Below, in pieces: positions 53,765-62,983 of a stretch of DNA of 64,000 bases. A model generated the notes under the pieces. The model saw only the letters and a list, made by a program, of their open reading frames with translations, ran no database searches and was not told the DNA's origin. The stretch is taken from positions 1-64,000 of the forward strand of contig CAVUWV010000011.1 of assembly GCA_963745075.1 (NCBI GenBank), written 5' to 3'. The translations under genes were made by a program, and so were the position numbers. The DNA is from Candidatus Hydrogenedentota bacterium. Lineage in GTDB: Bacteria; Hydrogenedentota; Hydrogenedentia; Hydrogenedentales; SLHB01. Each line of letters opens with the position of its first letter. Within the stretch, counting starts at the first letter, position 1.

Positions 53765-54937
53765 GTGGTTAATCGTTTCGAAATGATGGTGTGTTGCACG
53801 CTGGTCGTCTCCTTCCACTGTATGGCCGGCGCACAAGACTCGAATGAGCGCGATGCCGCCGTCAACCCTCCCTCCATAGTTATAAACCCCGGCGCCAAAT
53901 ACGGCCCGGACACGCGACCGTTCCAAGGCATCCCGGGAATCGAACGGGCGGTAAACGGGCGGCTCTGGGCCACGTGGTACGGGGGCGGGCCCGGCGAAGG
54001 TCCCGAAAACTACGTGCTGTTGTCGACCAGCGGCGACGACGGGAAAGCGTGGGACGTGGTTATGGTCGTCGATGCGCCGGGCTCGGTGCGGTGTTTCGAC
54101 CCCTGCCTTTGGCACGATCCGGACGGGCGCCTGTGGTTCTTCTGGGCGCAGGGTTTCAGTCACTGGGACGGCCGCGCCGGCGTGTGGAGCATGGTCACGG
54201 AAGACCCCGGCGACGCCGCGCCCAAGTGGTCGGAACCACGCCGTATCTGTGACGGCATCATGATGAACAAACCAACCGTGCTCCGCAACGGCGATTGGTT
54301 GTTACCGGTCGCGATTTGGGCGTCCAAGGCCAACGTGAGCGTTCCCGCGCACGCCCATCCCATCGACGAGACCACTGGTTCCCACGTGTATGCGTCAACC
54401 GACCACGGCAAGACCTGGACCTTGCGCGGCACATCGGACGTGAAAGAACGCAGTTGCGACGAACACATGATCGTGGAGAAGGAAGACGGCACCCTGTGGG
54501 AACTGGTGCGCACTAAATACGGCGTCGGCGAGGCGTTTTCGAAGGATGCCGGCAAGACCTGGGAGGTCGCGGGACCAGCCGCTTCCGTGATACACATTCC
54601 GCACGCCCGCTTCTTTATTCGACGCCTGGCGTCGGGCAAGTTGATGCTCGTACGCCACAATCCGCCGGACATGAAAGCGCGGACGCATCTCACGGCTTAT
54701 CTGTCGGACGACGACGGGCAGATGTGGACCGGAGGTTTGGTGCTGGACGCGCGCGCATGCTCATATCCCGACGGCGTCCAGGCGCCGGACGGGACAATCT
54801 ACGTCATCTATGACCACGAACGAACCGGCGCGAAGCAGATCCTCATGGCGGTGTTCAACGAAGCGGACGTCGCCGCCGGGAAACCGGTAAGTGATGTCGC
54901 GCGAATGCAGGTGGTCGTGAACCAGGCATCAGGATAG
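53765..54937 (+). CDS. Sialidase-family (BNR/Asp-box) secreted protein
   Basis: Signal peptide; FQGIP; Asp-boxes SGDDGKAW, STDHGKTW, SKDAGKTW, SDDDGQMW; SYPD. Confidence 0.88.
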   Translation: MVNRFEMMVCCTLVVSFHCMAGAQDSNERDAAVNPPSIVINPGAKYGPDTRPFQGIPGIERAVNGRLWATWYGGGPGEGPENYVLLSTSGDDGKAWDVVMVVDAPGSVRCFDPCLWHDPDGRLWFFWAQGFSHWDGRAGVWSMVTEDPGDAAPKWSEPRRICDGIMMNKPTVLRNGDWLLPVAIWASKANVSVPAHAHPIDETTGSHVYASTDHGKTWTLRGTSDVKERSCDEHMIVEKEDGTLWELVRTKYGVGEAFSKDAGKTWEVAGPAASVIHIPHARFFIRRLASGKLMLVRHNPPDMKARTHLTAYLSDDDGQMWTGGLVLDARACSYPDGVQAPDGTIYVIYDHERTGAKQILMAVFNEADVAAGKPVSDVARMQVVVNQASG

Positions 54938-55023
54938 TTCGGCGTGCGCAGATTTCGAGATTATTGAAGATGGATTTTCTGACCCCCATACGGTCAAGCA
55001 ATTGCGAATACCGTCGATCGACA

Positions 55024-55095
55024 TCCTGAGCGCTAGCGAAGGATCTCTAACCGGTCGGTGCCTGTCCCAAGGAGATCCTTCGCTGGCGCTCAGGA
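55024..55095. repeat. 24-bp-arm REP-like palindrome
   Basis: TCCTGAGCGCTAGCGAAGGATCTC (55024-55047) vs GAGATCCTTCGCTGGCGCTCAGGA (55072-55095), one mismatch; the loop holds GGTGCCTGTCCC. Confidence 0.85.
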
Positions 55096-55154
55096 CGACG
55101 GTGTGGACCAGTACGCGGGGATCGTGAATCCGTTACGCCAACGGGGAAGTCAAA

Positions 55155-57605
55155 ATGAATGGGTTTGGGTGCACGGCAACTTTGCGACGGCTAGTCGTCG
55201 CGTTCGCTCTTTGGGGTACTTATAATCTCGCTTTTGCCCAAGCGGATGACACGTGGCAACTCACCGTGGGCGCGGAGCATGACAGAGAAGAGGCCACGCG
55301 TCTCGCGGTGGACGATCTTGCTGCGGCGTTCGCGGAACATGATCTGACACTACGACAGACTCACTCACCCGGCGCGACAGAAGGCAATTCAATTCTCGTG
55401 GGTAGTGTGGCGCGTGACGCAGGGGCCATCGACACGCCGGACGATCCTGACGGCTACGCCATTCACACCATCGACCGCGACGGGACCCGCACGGTACTCA
55501 TCAGCGGTGGGTCTGTGATAGGCGACGTTTATGGGCTCTACTGGGTTCGCGATCGGTTGTTCGTCTATGGCGATATCCCGGTTATCAACACCTTTCGCGT
55601 TCCCGCGATGAAGATTCGCTTCGGCGCGGCCTGGGGACGACACGGGTTCGGCGGCAGCTCCAAGGAGCAGATGCAGATGGCCCTGCGCCAGAGCGTCAAC
55701 TGGGTGTCGGGTCCGGCCGTACTCGATCTCGTACCCTGGAATTCCGAGCCGGAAGCGACCGTCAACGCGGAGAACCGCGAGAATGCGCGGGGACTCATCG
55801 CGTACGCCCATTCCATGCACATGAAGTATTTCAGTTTCGCCAACGAGTTCACGTATCACCCGTCTTTATTGAAGGATACCGGCGCAACGCTGTCGCCGTG
55901 CGATCCGAGATTCTGGGACGCCGTGCAGGAGAAATTCCGCATGCTCTTTACGGTGTTGCCCGAACTGGACGGCATCGAATTATGCAACGACGATATCTCC
56001 GGGTTCTGGGATACGTACCGTGCGTACGACGTGATGCATGAGACGCCGGATTGCGAATGGTCTTACGAGAAGCGGTTCCGAACCTTTGTTGAGAAAGTCC
56101 ACGAAGTCGTTGCGGAAGAGTTCGGCAAGGACTATTTTCATTTCACGTGGAGTCTCACTCCGCACGAAGTTCATACGCAACCCGCGGTCTTCCGCGAAAT
56201 CTTCACGGACGCCGTGCCCACGGATCACCTCTATCTTATGCCGAAGATCACGACGGCGGACCGGTGGTGGCATCAGCCCTACAATCCAACTTTCAACCTG
56301 ACGCCCCACAAGACGGTCGTCTGTTTCGAGACCATGAACTACTACGAGAGCGGCAAGGCCAACATCTTCCCTACGTTCTCGGGCCAGTATTTCCAGGCCG
56401 GGCTGCAAACGATTTTGATGCCCGAGAATTCCAATGTCATCGGAGCAGCGTCGTTGGCGGGAATTCGCAAGGTAGGCTGGGATACGGCCAGCGCGTACGC
56501 GTACGTGTTGTACCGCTTGATGTGGGACCCCAACGAATCGATGGACCAGATCGCGGAGGACTTCTGCGCGATCCACTTCGGCCGGGATGCCGCCAAAGAC
56601 ATGGCGCAGATCTATCTGCTCACGCCGGTGGCCTACAAATACGGGCTGCACATCGAGCCGGTGTCCTACGGGCAGTTCAACTCGTTCATTCACATGCGCG
56701 TTGGGACCTTTCCGGCCGAAGGATATCCCGCCATCGATGGGGGCAAGGAGCACCTCGTTTTCCTGCGCAAAATCTACCTGCGGTGTAAGCCGTGGATTCC
56801 CGAGACGTTGGACGACCTGCAGCACGGACTGGACACGGCCAACGCGATGTTGAAGACCTATGCCAGGGCAAAGCCGGAAATTCAGGACCTCACACTTGCG
56901 AAGGACCTCGAGGATCGGCTGACCATGACACGCAACCTGATTCGAACGAATCTCGGGTACGTGGCGACGAGTTTCGCATATTTTGCCTATATCGACGAAG
57001 TGTCGGAGGAACACCGGCAGGCACTGGCGAAGGAAGTACAGAGCCTTACGGATGCCCGAGCCGATTTCGTTGCGACAGCCGGGTTTGGCTATCAATTGTT
57101 CGGTGTGGATGTGATGCTGAAAAGCGCGGAAGCCGCGCTTGCGAACCGCGATGCGGCCATCGCGGCGTTGGAGCAGAAACCGACACGATCGCAGATCGAG
57201 GCGACGGTTGCGGAGCAACAACGAAAATATGCGGAGGTATTGAAGACGCGCGCGGACCACGCGGTGAAGTTCGCCCATGTCGAAGTAATGGTCGACGGTC
57301 GCGATATCCTGAATGTGTCCGGTGACTCATATTCCATCGAACATCTGCGCTGGGATTATCCCCACGTGCAGGTCTTTGATTTCACCGCGCCGCTACCCGG
57401 AAAGCCGGTTACGGTGATTCCCGGGGATGTCGATTCGCGTCCCATGCACCCGTTTATATTGGAGCAACCGGGACGGGACAATGACTACACGGTCCGGATC
57501 TATCTTGACGACCTGCCCGGTGGCCAAGGCTGGATGAAATTTGACCTGTATTACGTTCCGGAGCCGCCGGAGAATCTTGGACTGGAAATCCCCTGGTCAC
57601 GATAA
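55155..57605 (+). CDS. Large secreted hypothetical protein, possible glycoside hydrolase (GH67/GH115/GH20-like N-domain)
   Basis: Signal peptide ending AFA; DGYAI...LISGGSVIGDVYGLY motif resembling the GH N-terminal domain 2; LFTVLPELDGI; 816-aa open frame. Confidence 0.65.
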   Translation: MNGFGCTATLRRLVVAFALWGTYNLAFAQADDTWQLTVGAEHDREEATRLAVDDLAAAFAEHDLTLRQTHSPGATEGNSILVGSVARDAGAIDTPDDPDGYAIHTIDRDGTRTVLISGGSVIGDVYGLYWVRDRLFVYGDIPVINTFRVPAMKIRFGAAWGRHGFGGSSKEQMQMALRQSVNWVSGPAVLDLVPWNSEPEATVNAENRENARGLIAYAHSMHMKYFSFANEFTYHPSLLKDTGATLSPCDPRFWDAVQEKFRMLFTVLPELDGIELCNDDISGFWDTYRAYDVMHETPDCEWSYEKRFRTFVEKVHEVVAEEFGKDYFHFTWSLTPHEVHTQPAVFREIFTDAVPTDHLYLMPKITTADRWWHQPYNPTFNLTPHKTVVCFETMNYYESGKANIFPTFSGQYFQAGLQTILMPENSNVIGAASLAGIRKVGWDTASAYAYVLYRLMWDPNESMDQIAEDFCAIHFGRDAAKDMAQIYLLTPVAYKYGLHIEPVSYGQFNSFIHMRVGTFPAEGYPAIDGGKEHLVFLRKIYLRCKPWIPETLDDLQHGLDTANAMLKTYARAKPEIQDLTLAKDLEDRLTMTRNLIRTNLGYVATSFAYFAYIDEVSEEHRQALAKEVQSLTDARADFVATAGFGYQLFGVDVMLKSAEAALANRDAAIAALEQKPTRSQIEATVAEQQRKYAEVLKTRADHAVKFAHVEVMVDGRDILNVSGDSYSIEHLRWDYPHVQVFDFTAPLPGKPVTVIPGDVDSRPMHPFILEQPGRDNDYTVRIYLDDLPGGQGWMKFDLYYVPEPPENLGLEIPWSR

Positions 57606-57642
57606 TTGGCGATTCCCGGCATGACTGAGTGAAAGCATTCCC

Positions 57643-59013
57643 GTGAGCGATTTTGTTTCGAATAGAGCCAACGGTTCCCGTTGGGCGAATGTGGTGCGTC
57701 CGTTGCGGTCGCGAAACTACCGGCTTTTCTTCATGGGCCAGGGGGTGTCGCTGGTCGGGACCTGGATGCAGCGAACGGCGCTGATGTGGCTCGTCGGCAC
57801 CATGTTCCACGACGAGAAGTTGGCGGCCTTCTGGCTGGGCGTGGTGGGCTTCTCCGGGCAGATTCCCGCGTTTGTGCTGACCCCGTTGGCGGGGGCCCTG
57901 GCCGACCGTTGGGACCGGAAGCGGATGGTCATCGGCACGCAGACGCTGGCCATGATTCAGTCGTTTGTGCTCGCGGCGTTGACACTTTCCGGACACATTG
58001 AACTTTGGCACATCGTGGTCCTCGCGCTGTGGCTGGGCGCGGCGAACGCGGTCGACATCCCAACACGGCAAGCCTTTGTCATCGAAATGGTGGACCGGCC
58101 GGAAGACCTCACCAACGCCATTGCCTTGAACAGCTCCATCGTCAATGCAGGGCGTCTCATCGGTCCGGCGCTCGGTGGCGTGCTGATGGCGCTGTTCGGC
58201 GTGGGCATATGTTTTCTCGTTAATGGTGTCACGTTCTTTGCCGTGATCGTCGCGCTATTTGCCATGCGCGTGAAGCCGCGGGAGATTCACGCAGGAACCC
58301 CGCACGTCGTTCATCACCTGGTCGAAGGATTTCGATACGCGTTCGGTTCGCCGCCGATTCGTGCACTGCTGACGATCATGGCGCTCGTGAGTCTGATGGG
58401 CATTCCCTACAGCTCCCTGCTGCCGGCCTTCGCCGTGCATATCCTTTCCTCCGGTCCGAAGGGATACGGAACGCTGGTGGCCGCCGTTGGTGTCGGAGCG
58501 CTGGCCGCGGCGCTGTACCTGGCCAGCCGGTCTTCCGTTCGCGGACTGGGCCGGATCATCGTCTTTTCGCCAATACTAATGGGTGGCGGCTTAATCGCCT
58601 TTTCGTTCACAAAATCGTTCACACTCGCGCTGTTTCTCATGCCCTTACTGGGGATGGGGCAAATGCTCCTGATGGCCTCGTGCAACACCGTGCTCCAAAC
58701 CATTGTGGATGACGACAAGCGCGGCCGCGCGATGAGCTTCTACTCGCTATCGTTTATGGGAATGATGCCCCTTGGCAGCCTGCTGGCGGGGCTCGCGGCG
58801 CGGCAGATCGGTCCGGCCATCACCATTGCCATCGGAGGGGCGGTGTGTGTCTGCGGGGGGATCGATTTCTACCGGAAACTGCCCAACCTGCGGAAGCTCA
58901 TCCGTCCCATTTACGCCAGTAAAGGGATCATCCCGGAAGTGGCGACGGCGCTGCGTGCGGCTGAAGAACAGTCCGGTACGACCAGCGAAGAAGTCCGGAT
59001 CGCGCACGAGTAA
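57643..59013 (+). CDS. MFS transporter (MFS_3/DUF894-like)
   Basis: RNYRLFFMGQGVSLVGTWMQ, GALADRWDRKR, PTRQAF, NAIALNS, RGRAMSFY; ~12 TM segments. Confidence 0.92.
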   Translation: MSDFVSNRANGSRWANVVRPLRSRNYRLFFMGQGVSLVGTWMQRTALMWLVGTMFHDEKLAAFWLGVVGFSGQIPAFVLTPLAGALADRWDRKRMVIGTQTLAMIQSFVLAALTLSGHIELWHIVVLALWLGAANAVDIPTRQAFVIEMVDRPEDLTNAIALNSSIVNAGRLIGPALGGVLMALFGVGICFLVNGVTFFAVIVALFAMRVKPREIHAGTPHVVHHLVEGFRYAFGSPPIRALLTIMALVSLMGIPYSSLLPAFAVHILSSGPKGYGTLVAAVGVGALAAALYLASRSSVRGLGRIIVFSPILMGGGLIAFSFTKSFTLALFLMPLLGMGQMLLMASCNTVLQTIVDDDKRGRAMSFYSLSFMGMMPLGSLLAGLAARQIGPAITIAIGGAVCVCGGIDFYRKLPNLRKLIRPIYASKGIIPEVATALRAAEEQSGTTSEEVRIAHE

Positions 59014-59042
59014 GCAGCCGGGCGTCAGGATCGATTACGCCA

Positions 59043-59837
59043 TTATTCCTGATAGATGATTGGTGCGTGGACGGGGTTGTCGAGGTGTTCGGTGTAGTAT
59101 TCGCGGGATGCTACGTCCGTTCGATCGGTGCGGAGATGGAGGGCGAAGCTCCGGCGCGGATAGGATTCGAGGTTGGGTCCGCTACCGTGAAAGGTCAGGC
59201 AGTGGTGGAAACTCACTTCACCCGGCGAGAGGGGCAGCGGTTCCTCGTCCCACGTCTCACCGGGCGGCAGTTTGATAGCGCGTTTCTGATTTTCGTGATC
59301 GGGCTCGAAGAAGTCGCCGCCTTCGCACAAGCCCCACCGATGCGAGCTGCGGACGAAGCGGATGGGCCCCGAGTTCAGGGTGACGTCGCTTAAGGCCATC
59401 CACGCTGTCAGGAGCCCCTCCGTGCCTTTCCAGTAGGGCCAGTAGAGTTTGTCCTGGTGCCAGCCGACGTGGCCCGCGCGCTTTCCGCCGGGCGGTTTGA
59501 TGAGGAGTTGCACCGCGAAGACCTGCACCATCTTGGCGCCCGTCAGGGCCGCCGCGTACTTGCCGATATCCGGAAGGCAGATTGCCTCGCGGATCGTGTC
59601 GTCGCAGAGATGGGGTTGATCGACTTTGCGGATCTTCTCCGGCGCGTCGTCCGGTGAGAAGTGCAGCGCGTGCGGTTCGTGCCCGGTTTCGTATTCGCCA
59701 TTCACGACGCGATCCATGTGATCGATGGCCCGCGCAATCAGGTCCGGCGGCACGATGACCGGCGTTTTGCAGTAGCCGTCGATGCGATACCGCTCGACGG
59801 CGTGTTCAGCGAATTGTGCAAAATGGGGGTGTTTCAT
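59043..59837 (-). CDS. Phytanoyl-CoA dioxygenase (PhyH) family Fe(II)/2OG enzyme
   Basis: KPPGG, WHQD, RSSHRWG, FHHCLTFHGSGPN...RR. Confidence 0.9.
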   Translation of the reverse strand: MKHPHFAQFAEHAVERYRIDGYCKTPVIVPPDLIARAIDHMDRVVNGEYETGHEPHALHFSPDDAPEKIRKVDQPHLCDDTIREAICLPDIGKYAAALTGAKMVQVFAVQLLIKPPGGKRAGHVGWHQDKLYWPYWKGTEGLLTAWMALSDVTLNSGPIRFVRSSHRWGLCEGGDFFEPDHENQKRAIKLPPGETWDEEPLPLSPGEVSFHHCLTFHGSGPNLESYPRRSFALHLRTDRTDVASREYYTEHLDNPVHAPIIYQE

Positions 59838-59957
59838 GCCATCTTTACCTTTCGCCGATTCACCCGATATTCCCAGGCAGGTGTACTCTGTTTGCCGAAG
59901 CAAATCCAACCGATCCGATCCGTCGAATCGGCGGCCGGGAGCGTGATTCGCTCCGAG

Positions 59958-60740
59958 TCACACCCATGAATCGGAGCCGCGAAACGACATGTGTTTGCCT
60001 TGGACGTATTTCGGGAAATCGTTGTACTCGTTCAAACCGGCGTTGTGGCCGCGCAGGTGGAACGCGCTGACATGCTTCTTTACATCCGTAATCCGGGTCG
60101 TGGTCGGGATGTAGCGGATCGTGAGACCCTTGCGCCACCGGCCGGAGGTGTTGCCGTCGGAACCGTGCACGATGTTGGGGTGATGGACGGACACGTCGCC
60201 GGAGTTCAGGACGATGTCGACCGCCTGGGACGCATCAACGAGCGACTCGTCCATTCCGGAATCGAGGACATTCGCGACCTCCTCGCGTTTGCGCATTTCC
60301 TGCAAGCCCATGTGCTGGGTCCGCGGGATGACGCGCATGCAGCCGTTCGCTGGCGTCGAGTCCGTGACGGACAACCACAGCGTCACCACTTCCATCGGTT
60401 CCAAGGGCCAATAGCTGCCGTCCTGATGCCAGAGGACGGGCATGCCGTCCCCGGGCGGCTTGCAGATGTAGTGGCTCGCGAACAGGGCGATATCGGGGCC
60501 GATAAACTGTTCGGCGATGTCGAGCAGCCGGTCGTCGCTGACGAGGCGCACCCAGAAGGGGTCCTCTTTCACCAGCCAATGGCCAAGCTTTTCCGGACGC
60601 AGATCGGGATGTTTGGCGCGTAGCCAGTCCACGTGGGCGTTGGTCTCTGCGATGAGTTCCGCGTCAAGCACGTCGCGAAAAACGACGTATCCTTCGCAGT
60701 TGTACCGATCCACGGCGTTCGGTTGTGCTGAAGAGATCAT
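59958..60740 (-). CDS. Phytanoyl-CoA dioxygenase (PhyH) family Fe(II)/2OG enzyme
   Basis: KPPGDG, WHQDGSYW, NGCMRVIP, HHPNIVHGSDGN...RYIP. Confidence 0.92.
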   Translation of the reverse strand: MISSAQPNAVDRYNCEGYVVFRDVLDAELIAETNAHVDWLRAKHPDLRPEKLGHWLVKEDPFWVRLVSDDRLLDIAEQFIGPDIALFASHYICKPPGDGMPVLWHQDGSYWPLEPMEVVTLWLSVTDSTPANGCMRVIPRTQHMGLQEMRKREEVANVLDSGMDESLVDASQAVDIVLNSGDVSVHHPNIVHGSDGNTSGRWRKGLTIRYIPTTTRITDVKKHVSAFHLRGHNAGLNEYNDFPKYVQGKHMSFRGSDSWV

Positions 60741-60746
60741 ATGCGC

Positions 60747-61178
60747 CTACCTTTGTCTGTAAGTTGGGTACGACTGCGTTGTCTTCATGGACCCGCACGG
60801 GTAATCACGGGCATCGGATGGCGCGACGATTTCCGCTGCAAAGACCCCCTTCAATCGGTTCATCTCCGATTTCCGGGGAACGAAACGCCCGTTCCAATGT
60901 GGCCCGGATCGCAGTTTTCCGCGCAATGACACCCCCTCTGTTTGTGACGAAACAAGGGGGTAGGACATCCGGAGTGGGGAGCCCGGAGTCGGGATCCGTG
61001 CGGGCGGAACTCTCCGTATCGCTATGAACCGCGGTGACTTGCACCAGAATGAGATAAGAAGCCGGGAGACGCGGGATGCGAATGCTTTTTTACGAAACAA
61101 GGGGGTGCGCCTTGCGGATCGCAGATCACGGTCCCCGCGTTCGGGGGGATGACGGGCGGGATTGGGGGTGCTTGCCAT
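60747..61178 (-). CDS. Possible small hypothetical protein (143 aa)
   Basis: AAGGAG RBS upstream of ATG 61178; stop lies just before the PhyH start; no recognisable motif. Confidence 0.3.
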   Translation of the reverse strand: MASTPNPARHPPERGDRDLRSARRTPLFRKKAFASRVSRLLISFWCKSPRFIAIRRVPPARIPTPGSPLRMSYPLVSSQTEGVSLRGKLRSGPHWNGRFVPRKSEMNRLKGVFAAEIVAPSDARDYPCGSMKTTQSYPTYRQR

Positions 61179-61297
61179 GGGCAGAACTCTCCTTATGAAT
61201 ATAGACCGGGGCGTTGCACCGAAATCAGGGTCGAGGCTCGACCGTAGAGAGGTGCTGTAGCGCCATCGAACGACCCCATTTATTGGAGATGAACCCT

Positions 61298-61732
61298 TCA
61301 CTCGGGCATTTTCCGGGACGATATGGCGATGCGATTCCATGCGTTAATCAGCGAGATGCAGACGGTCAAGTCCACGACTTCCGTTTCCGAGAAGTGCTCG
61401 CGCACGGCATCGAAATCTTCGTCGGGTACGTGCGTCTCGGAGACATTGGTGAGGCTTTCCGCCCAAGCCAGGGCGGCGCGTTCATGCGCGTCGAAGTAAG
61501 GGGCTTCGTGCCACGCGGCCAACGTGTCGAGTCGTTGTTGCGTCTCGCCCCGGGCACGCGCCTCTTTCGAATGCATGTCCAGGCAATAGACACATCCATT
61601 GATCTGCGATACGCGAAGCTCCAGCAAGGCCCGGAGCTTTTGGTCCAACCCGCATTTGCTCAAGTATTTACTGACTTCTATCAAATGCTGGAACGGTTCC
61701 GCGGCAACTTTGTAATAATCGATTCTAGCCAT
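61298..61732 (-). CDS. Carboxymuconolactone decarboxylase / AhpD family protein
   Basis: LRVSQINGCVYCLDMH, ERAALAWAE, INAWNRIA. Confidence 0.92.
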   Translation of the reverse strand: MARIDYYKVAAEPFQHLIEVSKYLSKCGLDQKLRALLELRVSQINGCVYCLDMHSKEARARGETQQRLDTLAAWHEAPYFDAHERAALAWAESLTNVSETHVPDEDFDAVREHFSETEVVDLTVCISLINAWNRIAISSRKMPE

Positions 61733-61903
61733 CAGGGGCGCCTCCCGGTTTCGTTTCGGCAGCTATGCGCACGCCTTGCGGGTGTTTCCGAAGCAACGCG
61801 CCAGGCGGGTCCGCAAATTCCCGTGCCAGCCCCGAAGGATGACGCAGGAATGCTACAAACTTCGCTACCATTGCGAACGCAGGCACGGACGCTTTGGAAT
61901 CGA

Positions 61904-62965
61904 CTAATGCTGCAATTCCGCGTCGATGAATGCATAGGCCTTTTCGCGAACTTCGGGCGGGAAATCGTGGGCGCAGTCCGGGTAGACGACCTGGAGATTG
62001 TCCACGGCGTCAAATAGCCGGTAGACGGGCGTTGCGGCGTCGACGCAGTCGCGGACGCCCGACACCTCAAAATTCTCATCATGGAGGGGCGCGTTGATAA
62101 AGACCGGTCGCGGCGCGAGGGCCCCGAGGATTTCGGGGAAGTCGAAAGGCATACGCGCGGGATCTTTGCCGTAGACGTCGGCGATGCGCGGCATGTAGCC
62201 CTTATGGCTCCAGCCCGTGAGGTCGCCGCCGTAGTACTTGGCGAAACGGTTGAACCCGCAACTCGTCACCATGACTTTGATGCGCGAGTCGAAGAGGCCG
62301 GCAAAGAGCGTGTTGTGTCCGCCGAGGGAATGGCCGATGCAACCAATCCGATCGGTGTCCACATCGGGCAGCGACTGCAACAGGTCGACGCATCGCATAT
62401 GATTCCAGATACCCTTGGCGGTGGCGCTTGCGTAGCCCATCGCGTACGCGTCTATCCTGTAATCGCCGAAACCGGGATAGTCCGGAGCCAGCGTTACGTA
62501 ACCGCGCTGCGCGAGTTCCTCGGCATAGTTGCGATTGGGCTTGTCGCCCAACCCGACGACCATACCTTTGCCGAAAGTCGAGGTGGGATGCAGACAAAGC
62601 ATGGCGGGCGCTTTACCTTCGAGATGCTTCGGAATCAGCAGGTAGGCGGGTAGACGGTCGCCGGATTCTACGGCGAAGGTGATCTTCTGTCGCGTGTATT
62701 CGGGAAAATCCGTCTCTTCTTCGACCTCCATGTCGAGCGGGACGCGCCGAGACGAATCGGGCAGCAATCCCGCGACGCGCTGAAAGTTCTCAATGATGTG
62801 TTTGCGGCGAATGGCCCAATCGTCTGGACGTTCCACCGGGTGAGACGTGCCATCGGAATCTTTGTAGACCAAAAGATTCTGCTTGTCTTCGTAGAAGGGC
62901 GCGGTCAGCGCGGAATCTGCGCCGCCGGCCGATGCCATCAAGACCATCGCAAGCATCTCGAACAC
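61904..62965 (-). CDS. Secreted alpha/beta hydrolase (dienelactone hydrolase / acetylxylan-esterase-like)
   Basis: PAYLLIP, LCLH, GYVTLAPD, RIGCIGHSLGG, LAPRP, HDFP. Confidence 0.9.
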   Translation of the reverse strand: MFEMLAMVLMASAGGADSALTAPFYEDKQNLLVYKDSDGTSHPVERPDDWAIRRKHIIENFQRVAGLLPDSSRRVPLDMEVEEETDFPEYTRQKITFAVESGDRLPAYLLIPKHLEGKAPAMLCLHPTSTFGKGMVVGLGDKPNRNYAEELAQRGYVTLAPDYPGFGDYRIDAYAMGYASATAKGIWNHMRCVDLLQSLPDVDTDRIGCIGHSLGGHNTLFAGLFDSRIKVMVTSCGFNRFAKYYGGDLTGWSHKGYMPRIADVYGKDPARMPFDFPEILGALAPRPVFINAPLHDENFEVSGVRDCVDAATPVYRLFDAVDNLQVVYPDCAHDFPPEVREKAYAFIDAELQH

Positions 62966-62983
62966 GCCGTCATCCTTTGTCGT

